Shown in pieces: positions 41,819-53,100 of a DNA stretch of 64,000 nt; positions within the stretch are counted from its first letter, which is position 1; the number at the start of each line of letters is the position of its first letter. The translations under genes were made by a program, and so were the position numbers. Below the pieces are notes generated by a model. The model was given only the letters and a program-made list of their open reading frames with translations, did no database searches and was not told the DNA's origin. This stretch comes from Halioglobus sp. (lineage in GTDB: Bacteria > Pseudomonadota > Gammaproteobacteria > Pseudomonadales > Halieaceae), in assembly GCA_036961345.1 (NCBI GenBank), contig JBALVT010000003.1, positions 6,139 through 70,138 of the forward strand, read 5' to 3'.

Positions 41819-42931
41819 ATGTCACTTCTCACCACGCCGCTGGACGCACTGCATCGGGAGCTGGGTGCCAAAATGGTGCCTTTCGCTGGTTACGACATGC
41901 CGGTGCAGTATCCTACGGGAATTATTAAGGAACACCTCCATACCCGTGAGAATGCCGGACTGTTCGATGTTTCCCATATGGGGCAGGTGATTATTGAGGG
42001 AGCAGATGTCGCCTCTGCGCTTGAGTCGATTGTTCCTTGTGATGTTCATGGACTGGCTATCAATGGCCAAACCTATGCGTTGTTTACCAACGAAAGCGGT
42101 GGAGTCCTGGATGATCTCATCATTACCCGCTGGGGGCAGGAGCAGTTTTTCCTGGTGGTGAATGCAGCGTGCAAGGAGCAGGACATTGCGCATATTCGCG
42201 CTAATCTAGGTGCGGATCATTCGATGACAGTGATGGCGGATCAGGCGCTGCTCGCCCTTCAGGGCCCCGCAGCGCGTGAAGTCATGCGGCAGCTTTGCCC
42301 ACAGGCGGCAGAACTTGTATTCATGAGTGGCGCTCGGGCACAGCTGGAAGGAGTGGATGCCTACATTACCTGTTCCGGCTATACCGGCGAAGATGGTTTT
42401 GAAATATCGGTCGGCGCGTTACATGCCGAAGCGATTGCGCGACGGCTTCTGGCTTTTAGTGAGGTAGAACCTATCGGCCTTGGGGCGAGAGATTCTCTCA
42501 GGCTGGAGGCGGGCCTTTGTCTTTACGGACACGAACTCGATGCCACAATCAACCCGGTTCAGGCTGGTTTGCTGTGGTCGGTTAACAAGATTCGCCGCCC
42601 AGATGGTGAGCGTCCCGGTGGTTTTCCAGGTGCCGAGCCTATCTTTGAATCTATAGCCCAGAGTACCCCACAGCGACGCGTTGGACTGAGTGTGGAAGGT
42701 AAACGCCCGGTCAGGGAGGGCCAAAAAGTGCTAACTGGCGATGGAGAGATCATAGGGGAGATCTGTTCCGCAGGATTTGGCGCTTCCCTTGGTCAGCCAA
42801 TTGCCATGGCCTATATCAAAAGGGAACATGGCGAGGCTGGAACGCATTTGACGGTGGATGTTCGAGGCAAAATGGTAGCTGTAACGGTAACACCCATGCC
42901 GTTTATTGCTCAGCGCTATTTCCGGGGTTGA
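41819..42931 (+). CDS. gcvT: Glycine cleavage system aminomethyltransferase T
   Basis: TPLDALHRELGAKMVPFAGYDMPVQY N-terminus and a GYTGEDGFEIS motif. Confidence 0.92.
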   Translation: MSLLTTPLDALHRELGAKMVPFAGYDMPVQYPTGIIKEHLHTRENAGLFDVSHMGQVIIEGADVASALESIVPCDVHGLAINGQTYALFTNESGGVLDDLIITRWGQEQFFLVVNAACKEQDIAHIRANLGADHSMTVMADQALLALQGPAAREVMRQLCPQAAELVFMSGARAQLEGVDAYITCSGYTGEDGFEISVGALHAEAIARRLLAFSEVEPIGLGARDSLRLEAGLCLYGHELDATINPVQAGLLWSVNKIRRPDGERPGGFPGAEPIFESIAQSTPQRRVGLSVEGKRPVREGQKVLTGDGEIIGEICSAGFGASLGQPIAMAYIKREHGEAGTHLTVDVRGKMVAVTVTPMPFIAQRYFRG

Positions 42932-43988
42932 GTTTGCCTGGCAGTGCGGGTTGACGGAATTTTCGCCATCTTTGCAACATCGAGTTGATGGCTTTCCTGG
43001 TGCTGTCAGTGATCGCAGCAAAGGGAATTTTTCGGATCAGCCAAATTAGCGCGCTGAGCACCAGTAAGCCAATAAGCCAGGGTACTAATGTTCGAAAGTT
43101 CAGCGGTGGGCCAGCGTTACTTTCGCGTTGGGACGTTCCCGTCGTCCCAACAAAAATGTCTACGCTTGGCAGCGTTAACATCTGTACTTCACTGGTGCTT
43201 GTGTCCCACCAATAGAAATCTTTGGCTGGAAGCCGGTATTCGCCAGCTGCTTCGGCAATGTAAATGATGTGTTCTGTGCGGCTGGCGGTGATGGTGCCGC
43301 GGTTACTGTTGTTGTTTAGCACCGGCGGCTCGGCATACGCTGTGAGCCCTTCAATAGCATGCTCCTTGAATGACGGGAGCATCATCGCCATCACTTCCCC
43401 TGCGCGAAAATCTATTTGTCTTTCAATGGCATCTCCCACTTCAAGGTCGTCCAGAGTGCGGTCAAACGATTGTGAAACCTTATAGCTGGGCGCGGCGACC
43501 CAGTGCTCGGCGCGCGATAGGGCCTGGGGCCGTGAGACGGAAAATTCCAGTGTGGGTGTCTGTACCTCCCCTTCTATGATTTCTCCACTGTCGCCACTCA
43601 CTTTTACGCGTGCAGTAATCGCAGGTATCGTAAACTGGCCATCGGTCTGTGCGTAGATCTCAAGAGACCAGCGCTGCACTACCCAACTTTGACCCCTGCG
43701 CTGCTCACTGGAATTACTCGCGAAATCGTCGGTTTGTAAGATCACCAAACCGGGAATTTCCGGTATCTTTATTCGTGTTCCACCGGTAAACCAGCGGTCT
43801 GTGGCAATCTCGATATTCAGTTTGATTTGCTGCCCGGGAACAATTTTTTGTGCCGGTAGTAGCCAGCTTCGCAGCTGCAGTCGATTTGTGTCTAACAGTT
43901 CCTCAACCGTGGTTGCCGCAGCGGCGAAACTCATTGAAAATATACAAAGCAGCGCGAAGAAATGCATTTTCGGCGCGGGCGATTTCAT
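42903..43988 (-). CDS. BatD-family protein (short form) with signal peptide and C-terminal TM anchor
   Basis: Last gene of the MoxR/Bat array, with a 4-nt overlap with the upstream gene. Its 3' end overlaps gcvT by 29 nt. Confidence 0.72.
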   Translation of the reverse strand: MKSPAPKMHFFALLCIFSMSFAAAATTVEELLDTNRLQLRSWLLPAQKIVPGQQIKLNIEIATDRWFTGGTRIKIPEIPGLVILQTDDFASNSSEQRRGQSWVVQRWSLEIYAQTDGQFTIPAITARVKVSGDSGEIIEGEVQTPTLEFSVSRPQALSRAEHWVAAPSYKVSQSFDRTLDDLEVGDAIERQIDFRAGEVMAMMLPSFKEHAIEGLTAYAEPPVLNNNSNRGTITASRTEHIIYIAEAAGEYRLPAKDFYWWDTSTSEVQMLTLPSVDIFVGTTGTSQRESNAGPPLNFRTLVPWLIGLLVLSALIWLIRKIPFAAITDSTRKAINSMLQRWRKFRQPALPGKLNPGNSAEQ

Positions 43989-45631
43989 CTGCCTTCCCTG
44001 TTCGATGTTTCGCGTCGCTGAAGTTGCATGTTGAATTTAATGGCTAAAAAGTCTGAGGGGTTTTGCTGAACGCTACGCAACCACATTTCGCTGGTCGCCG
44101 GATCCTGCAAAATATCTTCCGCGCTCAACTGCGCTATTTCGGCTTTTTCGAAACTGATTTCATCGGCCCCATCTGCAGGGATGGCATCATCTCCACCGAG
44201 TTCTTTGTCCTCGGAGCTGACCCCCGCTTCTTCTTGTTGGCTCTCGCTCAAGCGGTTGGTTTCCTCGATGATTTCATTGACTTTACTCCGGTTTTCCTGG
44301 GCACCGGGATAATCCGGTGAACGCGCAAGCAGACGATCGTAGCGACTGCGCGCTCGCACATAATCTCGAGCGTGTGCGCGCGCATTAGCCTCATTAAACA
44401 GCGCCTCATCGCTATCGCTGCGAGAATAGTATTCTGCTGCTCGCATGAAGTCTTCGCCGTAGTAGTAGGCAAGAGCCTTCCAGCTGGGGTTCGCAAAGCG
44501 ACTTGCAGCTTCAAGGTATCTGCCGCGCTGCATTAATACTCGACCTTGCTGGTCTGGGGTAGCCCACAGGTCCGCGAACCAATGATTCGGAGATTCCGAG
44601 CTTGCGCTACCAGAGCCAACTTCCTGTGCGAGTACCGGTAGGGGGGTGCTTGTTAACAGTAGCGGCAGCATCAGCCACACCCATGTCAGTGTCCAGCCTT
44701 TACGGAACCACAGCAAAAAAAATGCCATGGCCGGAAACACCAGGGGGTACCCGCCGTCTAGCCAGGGCAGCGCACTGTTTTCCATGATGACAAAATGATT
44801 GTTTATTTGCCGATTGATGCGTTTCACATCGGTGTTATTCACGGTCTGCTCAACGTAACTGCCACCACTATCAGACGCCAGTTGTTTCAGCGCGTCATGC
44901 TCCAGAGGAATGGTCCCGTCGTCAGTACTGCCGGTGCCCACGCCCAGCACTAACAGTTGATGAGGGCTGGTGGCAAAGTACTCTTTGTAGGCCTTGTGGC
45001 TATCTGCCCCGAGGCCGTCGCCGATTAATACCAGAGTGGCCGCAGCGCTGCTCTGGCGCAATATTTCGTCTACTTCGGGTAAGGCATATTCGGGGAACTT
45101 CCCAGATCTTGGCATTATCCCGGGTTCAATGGCCGCCAGGTACTGCTGCAATATAGCCTGGTCAGCGGTGAGAGCCAGTACCGTGTGTGCACTTCCGGAA
45201 TAGACAATAAGTGCTGCGCGTTTGTCTGGTCGCAGCGCCAGAAGGTCGCCAATTTTTTGTTTTGCTCGCTGCAGGCGGCTCGGCTGCACATCTCTTTGGC
45301 TCATTGTGGCGGATACGTCCAGCATTATCACCAGCGCTGCATCATCCTGACTTAACGGCGAGGGTTGTTGTCGCCATGTTGGGCCCATTAAAATGATTAG
45401 GAACAGCACCAGAATTACGCCTGTAAAGCTCTGGGGGTTTATCCATGGGGATTTAAAACGTGTGACTCGAAGGTGTTCCAGCAGATGGGGTGCGATGATA
45501 CCGCCGAACATGTCGCCTTTGGAATCGCGTTGCCGCATAAACAACCAAAGTGCGAAGTAGGGCAGAAAGACCCCGGCCCAAAGAGGACGAAGGAAATGAA
45601 AATATTCGAAGCTGGCAGCATCAGGCAACAT
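43985..45631 (-). CDS. VWA-domain plus TPR-repeat membrane protein (BatB/BatC fusion type)
   Basis: N-terminal TMs. MIDAS-like LDVSATMS. C-terminal TPR-like helices (YLEAASRF..ALAYYYGEDFMRAAEYY). Confidence 0.8.
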   Translation of the reverse strand: MLPDAASFEYFHFLRPLWAGVFLPYFALWLFMRQRDSKGDMFGGIIAPHLLEHLRVTRFKSPWINPQSFTGVILVLFLIILMGPTWRQQPSPLSQDDAALVIMLDVSATMSQRDVQPSRLQRAKQKIGDLLALRPDKRAALIVYSGSAHTVLALTADQAILQQYLAAIEPGIMPRSGKFPEYALPEVDEILRQSSAAATLVLIGDGLGADSHKAYKEYFATSPHQLLVLGVGTGSTDDGTIPLEHDALKQLASDSGGSYVEQTVNNTDVKRINRQINNHFVIMENSALPWLDGGYPLVFPAMAFFLLWFRKGWTLTWVWLMLPLLLTSTPLPVLAQEVGSGSASSESPNHWFADLWATPDQQGRVLMQRGRYLEAASRFANPSWKALAYYYGEDFMRAAEYYSRSDSDEALFNEANARAHARDYVRARSRYDRLLARSPDYPGAQENRSKVNEIIEETNRLSESQQEEAGVSSEDKELGGDDAIPADGADEISFEKAEIAQLSAEDILQDPATSEMWLRSVQQNPSDFLAIKFNMQLQRRETSNREGR

Positions 45632-46613
45632 TGGAGTCTCTCCGTTTGCGTCTGCTTTGCCAGAGCCTCAGGCTGTGATACAGCAAAAAAAGTACCAGGG
45701 CGACTGCTATGGGCATGAAATGTAAACTTTGTCTGGGCCTAAAGCTGAGTGTTTCGTAAAGTTCGGGCTCAAGTTCGGCAATGGTTTTGTAGGCTTCCCT
45801 AAGCTGTTCCTGATCCAACGCCTGGAAGGTTTTGCCGCCGGTCACTTCTGCTACACGGCTGATGGTGTCAATATCCAGTGCTTCTTCGCCTACCGTCGTG
45901 GGATCGCCGATCGCAATTGTGTAAATGCGAATACCGTTGGCGGCCGCTACCTTAGCGGCGTCTACGGGGGGCACAACACTGCCGGTATCATTGCCGTCGG
46001 TGAGAACCAGCAATACCCGATTGTCGGAATCGTTTTCCTTGAACAGCTTTATTGCCAAGCCGATTGCATCACCAAATACGGTGCTCTGGCCCGCCATGCC
46101 GATTTCAGTTTCCTGAAGCAATTGCGTCCAAATAAGATGATCATCTGTGAAGGGAGTCTGTAGATAGGCCGCATTGCCAAATACGACCAGGCCCAGACGG
46201 TCCGATTTACGTTGCTCGGCAAGATCAGCCAAAACGAATTTAACTGCTTCCAGGCGGTCCACCACGCGTCCGTCTGGCAATTTGAAATCCTTTGCTTGCA
46301 TCGACCCCGAAAGGTCAACCGCGATCATCAGGTCGCGACCAGATTTTTTTTGTTCGATGGGTTGGCCGATAAACTGCGGCTTAGCTGCGGCCAATACCAG
46401 AGCGATCCACATAAATGTGACGAGGATGCGTTGCGCGGTATCGCGCTTGAGAATCATTGCGCCGGTTTCTGGCCGCCGTTCGCTAAGATCTACCAACTTA
46501 TCAAAAAAGGGGACTTTGACAGAGTCACGGCTCTCTTTATAGGCGGGCAATAACAGCATAAAAAATGGCAATAAAAGCAGCGCCAGCGCCCAGGGATATT
46601 CCAGCTCAAACAT
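45621..46613 (-). CDS. VWA-domain membrane protein BatA
   Basis: MFELEYPWALALLLLPF start and MIDAS DLSGSM. ATG 46613 is preferred; it overlaps the upstream stop by 8 nt. Confidence 0.85.
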   Translation of the reverse strand: MFELEYPWALALLLLPFFMLLLPAYKESRDSVKVPFFDKLVDLSERRPETGAMILKRDTAQRILVTFMWIALVLAAAKPQFIGQPIEQKKSGRDLMIAVDLSGSMQAKDFKLPDGRVVDRLEAVKFVLADLAEQRKSDRLGLVVFGNAAYLQTPFTDDHLIWTQLLQETEIGMAGQSTVFGDAIGLAIKLFKENDSDNRVLLVLTDGNDTGSVVPPVDAAKVAAANGIRIYTIAIGDPTTVGEEALDIDTISRVAEVTGGKTFQALDQEQLREAYKTIAELEPELYETLSFRPRQSLHFMPIAVALVLFLLYHSLRLWQSRRKRRDSNVA

Positions 46614-47112
46614 TATGCAGGTCCCGATGCTCCACAATCCACTGCGCTGAAGCCTCCAAAAGGCCGTCAGTAGCGGTCTTGTCTATGTCCATGCGCTGAT
46701 AACTGCCCTTGGCCAGCAAAGCCATCTGGCTGCTGGTAAAGACTGGCGCAGCGCACTGATCATTGAGGAAATCTGCCCAGGGAGCGCCCGACAGTTTTGC
46801 CACGGTTTCACGTGAGTATGCCACCAACGCTGTGAGCTTCAGGAGGCGGTTTAGCTCCATTATTAGCTTGTCGCCTTCGGTAATTTGTTCAATCTTCCTC
46901 AGGCGCTCTGCGGCCTCTCTGCGATAGCGGTTTTGATACCAAGAGCGTAGCTTTCTGAAGATAGTTCGGGCGGAAAAAGAGGCCGCCATTATTGCCGTTA
47001 TCTGCCAACCCAGGGTTTGTGGCAGCCAGTCGATAGCGCCCGGCGGCACAACTTCTACAAAATCCCCCAGTGCATAATTTCCGAACACTTCCGGCAGCGG
47101 TGGTGCACTCAT
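46606..47112 (-). CDS. DUF4381-like small membrane protein of MoxR/Bat operons
   Basis: Position between the DUF58 and BatA genes. Single TM. 4-nt overlap with the upstream gene. Confidence 0.65.
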   Translation of the reverse strand: MSAPPLPEVFGNYALGDFVEVVPPGAIDWLPQTLGWQITAIMAASFSARTIFRKLRSWYQNRYRREAAERLRKIEQITEGDKLIMELNRLLKLTALVAYSRETVAKLSGAPWADFLNDQCAAPVFTSSQMALLAKGSYQRMDIDKTATDGLLEASAQWIVEHRDLHNV

Positions 47113-48074
47113 TGCGGAGGCCTTTGCCCGCCGAGTTTCTGCCTAAGCTGGTCGGTTACCGGCGTTATGGTGTCGACGGGTAACACGGGAATATGATGTC
47201 GGTTGAGTTCTCCCTGAACTTGCGCAATAGAGCTTTGAAAACTTGCCTCAAACTTTTCACCCAGTTCATGTTGAGCCGGGTCAATTTCCAGTTGGAAATG
47301 ACCATCGCTCACAACGAGGCTCTGCGCTTGAGATATATCGCTCTCCAAAGGGTCATATACCATGGAGCAAACTATGTCATTGTGTCGATTGACGCGTTTT
47401 ATAATTTTGAGACACTCTTCGTTCCAGCCATAAAAATCCGAGATAATCACAACCAGATAGTCGTGGCCGGCCCGACGTTCAAGTAGCTGTAACGCGTTTA
47501 AGAGTGCACCGGGATTGCTGATATGTCCGGGTGCCACCGACAAATCGTTGTTCATATCTGATAAATCACCCAGCCAGGTTAAAAGTTGACGTTCGCTTCG
47601 CCTGGCGCGGATTTCCACTTCACGTTTATCATTAAATAAAATGGCGCCAACCCGGTCTCCCACTGCGATTGTCCGCCAGGCTGTAAGAGCGGCCAGTTCC
47701 GCGGCAACGACAGATTTCATTTTTTTCTCGCTGCCAAAAAACATCGGTAGGCGCTGGTCGACCATGACAATTACAGGGCGATCACGCTCCTCGGTATATA
47801 CCCTCACATGCGGTTTGCCGGTGCGATTGGTGACGCGCCAGTCCATATTGCGAATATCATCCCCGGGGCGGTAGTGTCTTAATTCGTCGAAATCCAGACC
47901 TCTGCCGCGAAGCCGGGAACGCCGTCTACCGCTTAGCAGTGAGCGAACGGGTTGGCTGGGCAGATAGCTAAAGCCTCGCGCGTTGTAGCGCAGTCGAACC
48001 AATGCTGTCAGATTGGTGTAGACATCGTCGCTGTGTGTGTGAGGTTTTGGCATCTGCCGCTCAGCCAACGGCAA
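47109..48074 (-). CDS. DUF58-family protein (degenerate VWA)
   Basis: RHYRPGDDIRNMDWRVTNRTGKPHVRVYTEERD is the DUF58 hallmark. Follows moxR. Confidence 0.85.
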   Translation of the reverse strand: MPLAERQMPKPHTHSDDVYTNLTALVRLRYNARGFSYLPSQPVRSLLSGRRRSRLRGRGLDFDELRHYRPGDDIRNMDWRVTNRTGKPHVRVYTEERDRPVIVMVDQRLPMFFGSEKKMKSVVAAELAALTAWRTIAVGDRVGAILFNDKREVEIRARRSERQLLTWLGDLSDMNNDLSVAPGHISNPGALLNALQLLERRAGHDYLVVIISDFYGWNEECLKIIKRVNRHNDIVCSMVYDPLESDISQAQSLVVSDGHFQLEIDPAQHELGEKFEASFQSSIAQVQGELNRHHIPVLPVDTITPVTDQLRQKLGGQRPPQ

Positions 48075-49050
48075 CCTGGTTTATAATTTCGTCAATCACC
48101 ATATCAGCGCTGACATGATCTGCCAGTGCGTCATAGCTAAGTATCAGGCGGTGCCGAAGTATTGAGTGGGCTACCGCTCTGACATCATCCGGATCTACAT
48201 GATCCCGTCCAGCTAGCCAGGCATTGGCTCGGCTTGCACGGTGCAGCGCTATACTGGCGCGCGGGCTGGAACCGGTGTCTATCCAGTTTTTCAGTTTCTC
48301 TCCATAGTGTTGTGGAGCGCGAGTTGCGATAACCAGATCCACAATATAGTGTTCCACTGCTTCGGCAACGTGCATTTTCTGGATTTCTTCCTGTGCGGAA
48401 AAAATGTTATCTTGAGAAATCATCTCGAAAGCTTTTTGCTCGTGGCCTTCTTCTTTTTGCAGCAGCCGGATAATGGCAAGCTCAGCTTCGGCATCCGGGT
48501 AGTCAACTGATATTTTCATGAGAAAGCGATCCATCTGTGCTTCCGGCAACGGGTAGGTGCCTTCCTGCTCTATCGGGTTCTGGGTGGCAAGAACCATAAA
48601 AAGTGGCGGTAGTGGGTAGGTTTTCCCCGCAACTGTGACGGTGCGTTCCTCCATTGCTTCAAGCAGGGCAGACTGAACTTTTGCCGGTGCCCTATTGATT
48701 TCATCCGCCAGTACCAGTTCATTAAAAATGGGGCCCGGTTGAAATGTCAGCTCCGATTTTCCCTGGTTGTCCTGATAAATTTCGTTGCCCGTTACATCCG
48801 AGGGTAGTAGGTCAGGGGTGAACTGAATTCGACCCAGATTTGCTTTGAGCACCCGCGAAAGCGTCTTGATAGAGCGCGTTTTGGCGGTACCAGGTAAGCC
48901 TTCTAGCAAAACATTGCCGTTGCAAAGCAGCGCGATGGTCAAGGTGTGAACAACCTCCTGTTGGCCAATTACGGACTGGGCCATCTGGCTCATCATGGTA
49001 TTAACTGCACTGAGATGTTGGCTTGACACTGGAAGCTCCAAATACGTCAT
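48061..49050 (-). CDS. MoxR-family AAA+ ATPase
   Basis: Walker A GLPGTAKT, Walker B LADEINRA, and the ATQNPIEQEGTYPLPEAQ(M)DRF motif. Confidence 0.92.
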   Translation of the reverse strand: MTYLELPVSSQHLSAVNTMMSQMAQSVIGQQEVVHTLTIALLCNGNVLLEGLPGTAKTRSIKTLSRVLKANLGRIQFTPDLLPSDVTGNEIYQDNQGKSELTFQPGPIFNELVLADEINRAPAKVQSALLEAMEERTVTVAGKTYPLPPLFMVLATQNPIEQEGTYPLPEAQMDRFLMKISVDYPDAEAELAIIRLLQKEEGHEQKAFEMISQDNIFSAQEEIQKMHVAEAVEHYIVDLVIATRAPQHYGEKLKNWIDTGSSPRASIALHRASRANAWLAGRDHVDPDDVRAVAHSILRHRLILSYDALADHVSADMVIDEIINQVAVG

Positions 49051-49082
49051 AAAAGAGGAATCTGCTGGATCGTAATGTAACG

Positions 49083-50105
49083 CTAATCAGTGAACTGATC
49101 CATTAGCTGCAGAATTTTTTCAAGATTCTCAATGAACAGGGGCACCAGTTTCGGGTCAAACTGCTTGCCCGATTGGTTTTGTATGTGCGCGATGCTGTCC
49201 TCTACTGTCCAGGCTTCCTTATACGGGCGTTTGGAGGTCAATGCGTCAAATACATCTGCAATGGCAACGATGCGTCCCACCAGTGGGATTGCCTCTCCAC
49301 TCAACCCCATCGGATAGCCACTGCCATCCCAGCATTCGTGGTGTGACGCTGCTACCTGGCTGGCCATTTTGAGAAGCTCGGAATCGTCATCGCCAATAAT
49401 CGTAGTGCCCATTTGTGTATGGGTATGCATGATTGCCCATTCTTCATCATTCAGAGCTTCAGTTTTTTGTAAGATCCGATCGGGTATTCCGATTTTACCA
49501 ATATCATGCATGGGCGATGCGTCCAGCAACATGTCCGCCATGCTCTCGCTCATTCCCGCCGCCAACCCAAGTACTCTGGAATAATGGCTCATGCGAATAA
49601 CGTGCATACCGGTATTGTCATCCTTGTACTCCGCGGCGCGCCCCAGACGCTGAATTATTTTCAGACGCGTGTCATTGATCGTGCGAGTTTGTTCCCGTAC
49701 CTGGCGGCCCAGTTCCCGGTTCTGGTCGTGCAACGCAATATGGGTTTTAACGCGTGCTTGCACAACAGGTGGGCTTATTGGCTTGGTTATGTAGTCGACC
49801 GCGCCCAGCCCGAAACCATGGATTTCGTCCTCTGTGCTGATCTTGGCGGTGACAAAAATAACCGGGATATCGCAGGTGGTTGGGTCTTCCTTCAATTTTT
49901 TACAGACTTCAAAACCGTCGATACCCGGCATCATAATATCCAGCAGTATCAAGTCAGGTGCGATTGGGAGCCGAGCAATCTTCAGTCCCTGTTCACCGTT
50001 TCGAGCCGCTTTAACTTTGTAATCGTCCTTGAGGATTGCCACCAGCAAATCGATATTTTCCGGTGTGTCGTCCACAACCAGGACGGTTGCTTGGTCGTCG
50101 TTCAT
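49083..50105 (-). CDS. Two-component response regulator with HD-GYP c-di-GMP phosphodiesterase domain (RpfG type)
   Basis: REC domain (VLVVDD..LILLDIMMPGIDG) plus an HD-GYP domain (HDIGK..HHECWDGSGYP). Confidence 0.9.
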   Translation of the reverse strand: MNDDQATVLVVDDTPENIDLLVAILKDDYKVKAARNGEQGLKIARLPIAPDLILLDIMMPGIDGFEVCKKLKEDPTTCDIPVIFVTAKISTEDEIHGFGLGAVDYITKPISPPVVQARVKTHIALHDQNRELGRQVREQTRTINDTRLKIIQRLGRAAEYKDDNTGMHVIRMSHYSRVLGLAAGMSESMADMLLDASPMHDIGKIGIPDRILQKTEALNDEEWAIMHTHTQMGTTIIGDDDSELLKMASQVAASHHECWDGSGYPMGLSGEAIPLVGRIVAIADVFDALTSKRPYKEAWTVEDSIAHIQNQSGKQFDPKLVPLFIENLEKILQLMDQFTD

Positions 50106-50172
50106 TCACTGCCTCGTTAATAGATCCGTCTGACGGAATGTGCGGATATGCATTGCCACTGGCCTTATCAGA

Positions 50173-53100
50173 TTAGTCGAGTTTTTGCATCATGTCGCCT
50201 ACGGTTTGTAGTGACACCTCGTAGTCGTAATCCCCTATGCTCTTTACCAGATTTTTGAAATCGCTCAGCAGCAGTGGCGCTGATAATTCTGCGCTGTGCT
50301 CTTCAAGAAAGTCGCCGACGGAGGCATCGTATTCGTTGAGCATATCCGTCAGTTGGCTTAGTAACTCACGGGACCGACTGCGGTCGAAATTATCCTCGAT
50401 CGGCGGCTCCTTTTTCTTCTCTAAAGAAGGTCCAATTTGTGCGCGCAGGCCAGCTATCTCAGTCTGAAGTTTCTGGAGTGTATCGTGGTTCGGTGTACTA
50501 CTTGAGAGTTCTTCTTCGGCCTGTGCGGCGATAGCTTCCAGCGCGGTCGCGCCGATATTGCCTGCCAGGCCTTTTACAGTGTGTGCCAGCCGGGTTGCCG
50601 GCTCTGATTCATTTGACGACATAGAAGTCGCTAATTGTTGTTCGAAGTTGTCGTATTTTTCATAGAATTTTTGTAATAATTTTATATATAGCGCTTGATT
50701 GCCATTCAATCGTTCCAGGCTGGCAGTTACATCAACCCCAGCAAGTACAGGAATGCTTTCAGTGCAGGAATCGGTCACAGCGGGAGCTGCGGTCTCGGTG
50801 CTCCGTAGCATAGGTTCTATCCATTGGGCCATCGTAACGAACATTTTTGATACATTAATGGGTTTGGGAATGTGATCGTTCATTCCCGATGCCAATGCCT
50901 TTTCCCTGTCCCCAGCCATAGCATTGGCAGTCATCGCTAGAATGGGTAAATCGGTAAAACGTTTATCCTCGCGCAGTTTTCGTGTGGCGCTATAGCCATC
51001 AAGTACAGGCATTTGGCAATCCATCAATACACCATCGAAAGTATGGTTTTGCATGGTATCGATTGCCTCCTGGCCGTTATTGGCGATCGTGACATGCAGC
51101 CCGTGGCTCTGGAGTATCTCCTCGGCCAGTTCCTGATTGAGTTCATTGTCTTCCACCAGCAATATTCGCGCACCGTTAAGTTTAGCCAGGGCCTCTGAAA
51201 ATGCGCTGTCGTTTGCGCTGGTTGCGGTGGCTAGAGTAACCGCACTACCGATGGAGGAGAAAATTGTCTCCAGCATTGTTGAGGGTGTTACCGGTTTGGT
51301 GAGTATCGTGTGAACAGCGATAGTATCCGCCTGGGCGACCAACTCTTCCTTGCCATGTGCTGTTAGCATTATGACAGTGGGCGCAGGGTGTATTTTTTTG
51401 GAGGTCTGCAGTAAGCGGGTTGTTTCGATTCCGTCCAAACCGGGCATTTTCCAGTCCATAATCACCAGTGATATTGCCTCTTCTGGCGAGTTTTTTTCGA
51501 GTAATTTGATGGCATCGCGACCACTGGATACAGCTTGTATGTGTATACCGAAACTTGTGAACATCGAACACATAATATCTCGGGCGTGGGCATTGTCATC
51601 AACGACTAGCGCCCTAATCGAAGATAGCTCGGTCAAGTCGTACTTTGCCGCTTGTGTGTCGCCCTCCTGAAGCCCGAAGTGGGCCGTGAATGAAAATACC
51701 GAACCTTTGCCGGGTTCGCTACTTACCCAAATCTCTCCGCCCATTAATCGGGTCAGGTTTTGACAGATAGCAAGGCCCAGGCCGGTGCCGCCATAGGTTC
51801 GGGTGGTTGAAGTATCCGCCTGACTGAACGGCTGGAACAGCCTTGTTTGCTGTTCTTTGTTCATGCCTATGCCGGTATCGCTAACGTCGAATCGGAGGCA
51901 GACATTGTTGGGCTGTTGTTCCAGCAGGCTTATCTTGACCACGACGTCGCCTGATTCGGTAAACTTCACGGCATTGTTGCCCAGGTTAACCAGAATTTGA
52001 CCCAGTCGCAGAGGATCGCCCGTTAAGTCTGTAGGTATGCTCGGCGCGATATCAAACAGTAACTCCAGGCCTGCTTCTTCTGCTTTCAGGCCAACCAGGT
52101 TGGACAAATTGACCAGTACATCTTCCAGCTGGAAGTCGATTTTTTCCATGGTGAGTTTACCGGCCTCAATCTTGGAAAAGTCGAGAATGTCGTTGATTAT
52201 GCCCAGCAATGCTTCCGCCGAGCGATTCACCTTGTCGATATAATTGCGTTGTTTATTGTTCAGGTCAGTTTGTAGTGCGAGATAGGACATGCCGATTATT
52301 GCATTCATGGGTGTGCGGATTTCGTGAGACATGTTGGCCAGAAAATCGCTTTTGGTTTTGTTGGCCTCCTCGGCCAGATGTTTAGCTCCCTCCAGCAGTC
52401 GCATTGCTTCTGCCCTCTCGGTGAAATCGAGAAGCGAAACACGAACCTCCTCCAGTTTGTCATCGTTGAACATTGGGACGGCCGAAACAGAGGTAAAGAC
52501 AGCTGATTGATCTTTTCGCTGTATGGCCAGTTGCACGTCCATGCACGGTTCACCGCGAGTGATTCGCGCGGCCATCTCAGTATTGTTGGCGGTCAGAAGA
52601 TCGTGCCAGTTTATGTTTTCGAATTCCTCCCGTCGGTAACCGGTGAGCTGAGAAAAGGCCAGATTGTGTTTGAGGATTTCGCCACTTTCGGTGATTGAAA
52701 CATAGGCAACAGGTGCATTCTCGTACAAATCCCAAAGCCTGCTTTCTCTCGCTTCCAGGTCCTCTGTGCGCCTTTGCACACGGAGTTCCAGGCCTTCGTT
52801 GACTTTTAGTAGCTGGGCGTTGGCGCGGTGGCTGATCCAGAATACGCCTACTGCAAGGAACAAACATAGGGGCACAGTTGAACCCATCACACCCAGAATG
52901 ATATTTCGAGAGCCCTCATAACCCTTCATGGCCTCGGCCTGGCTGATCTCGGTGATCAGGCCGATACCAAGGCGTTCATTCCAGGTCCATACACCGAAGA
53001 CTTCTACTCCTCGATAGTTTTTGTACCCCGAAAAGTTCTCTCCCGATAGGTGAGATTTGACGGCGGCGGCACTTTCGGTAAGAGTGCTTTTTTCCGATGT

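Noticed and set aside
42903-43988. BatD as a truncated pseudogene (361 aa versus the longer forms known from Bacteroides).
   Set aside because: The ORF has an intact signal peptide, a conserved N-terminal BatD-like region, a C-terminal TM anchor and a clean 4-nt coupling to the upstream gene. It looks like a genuine short form.
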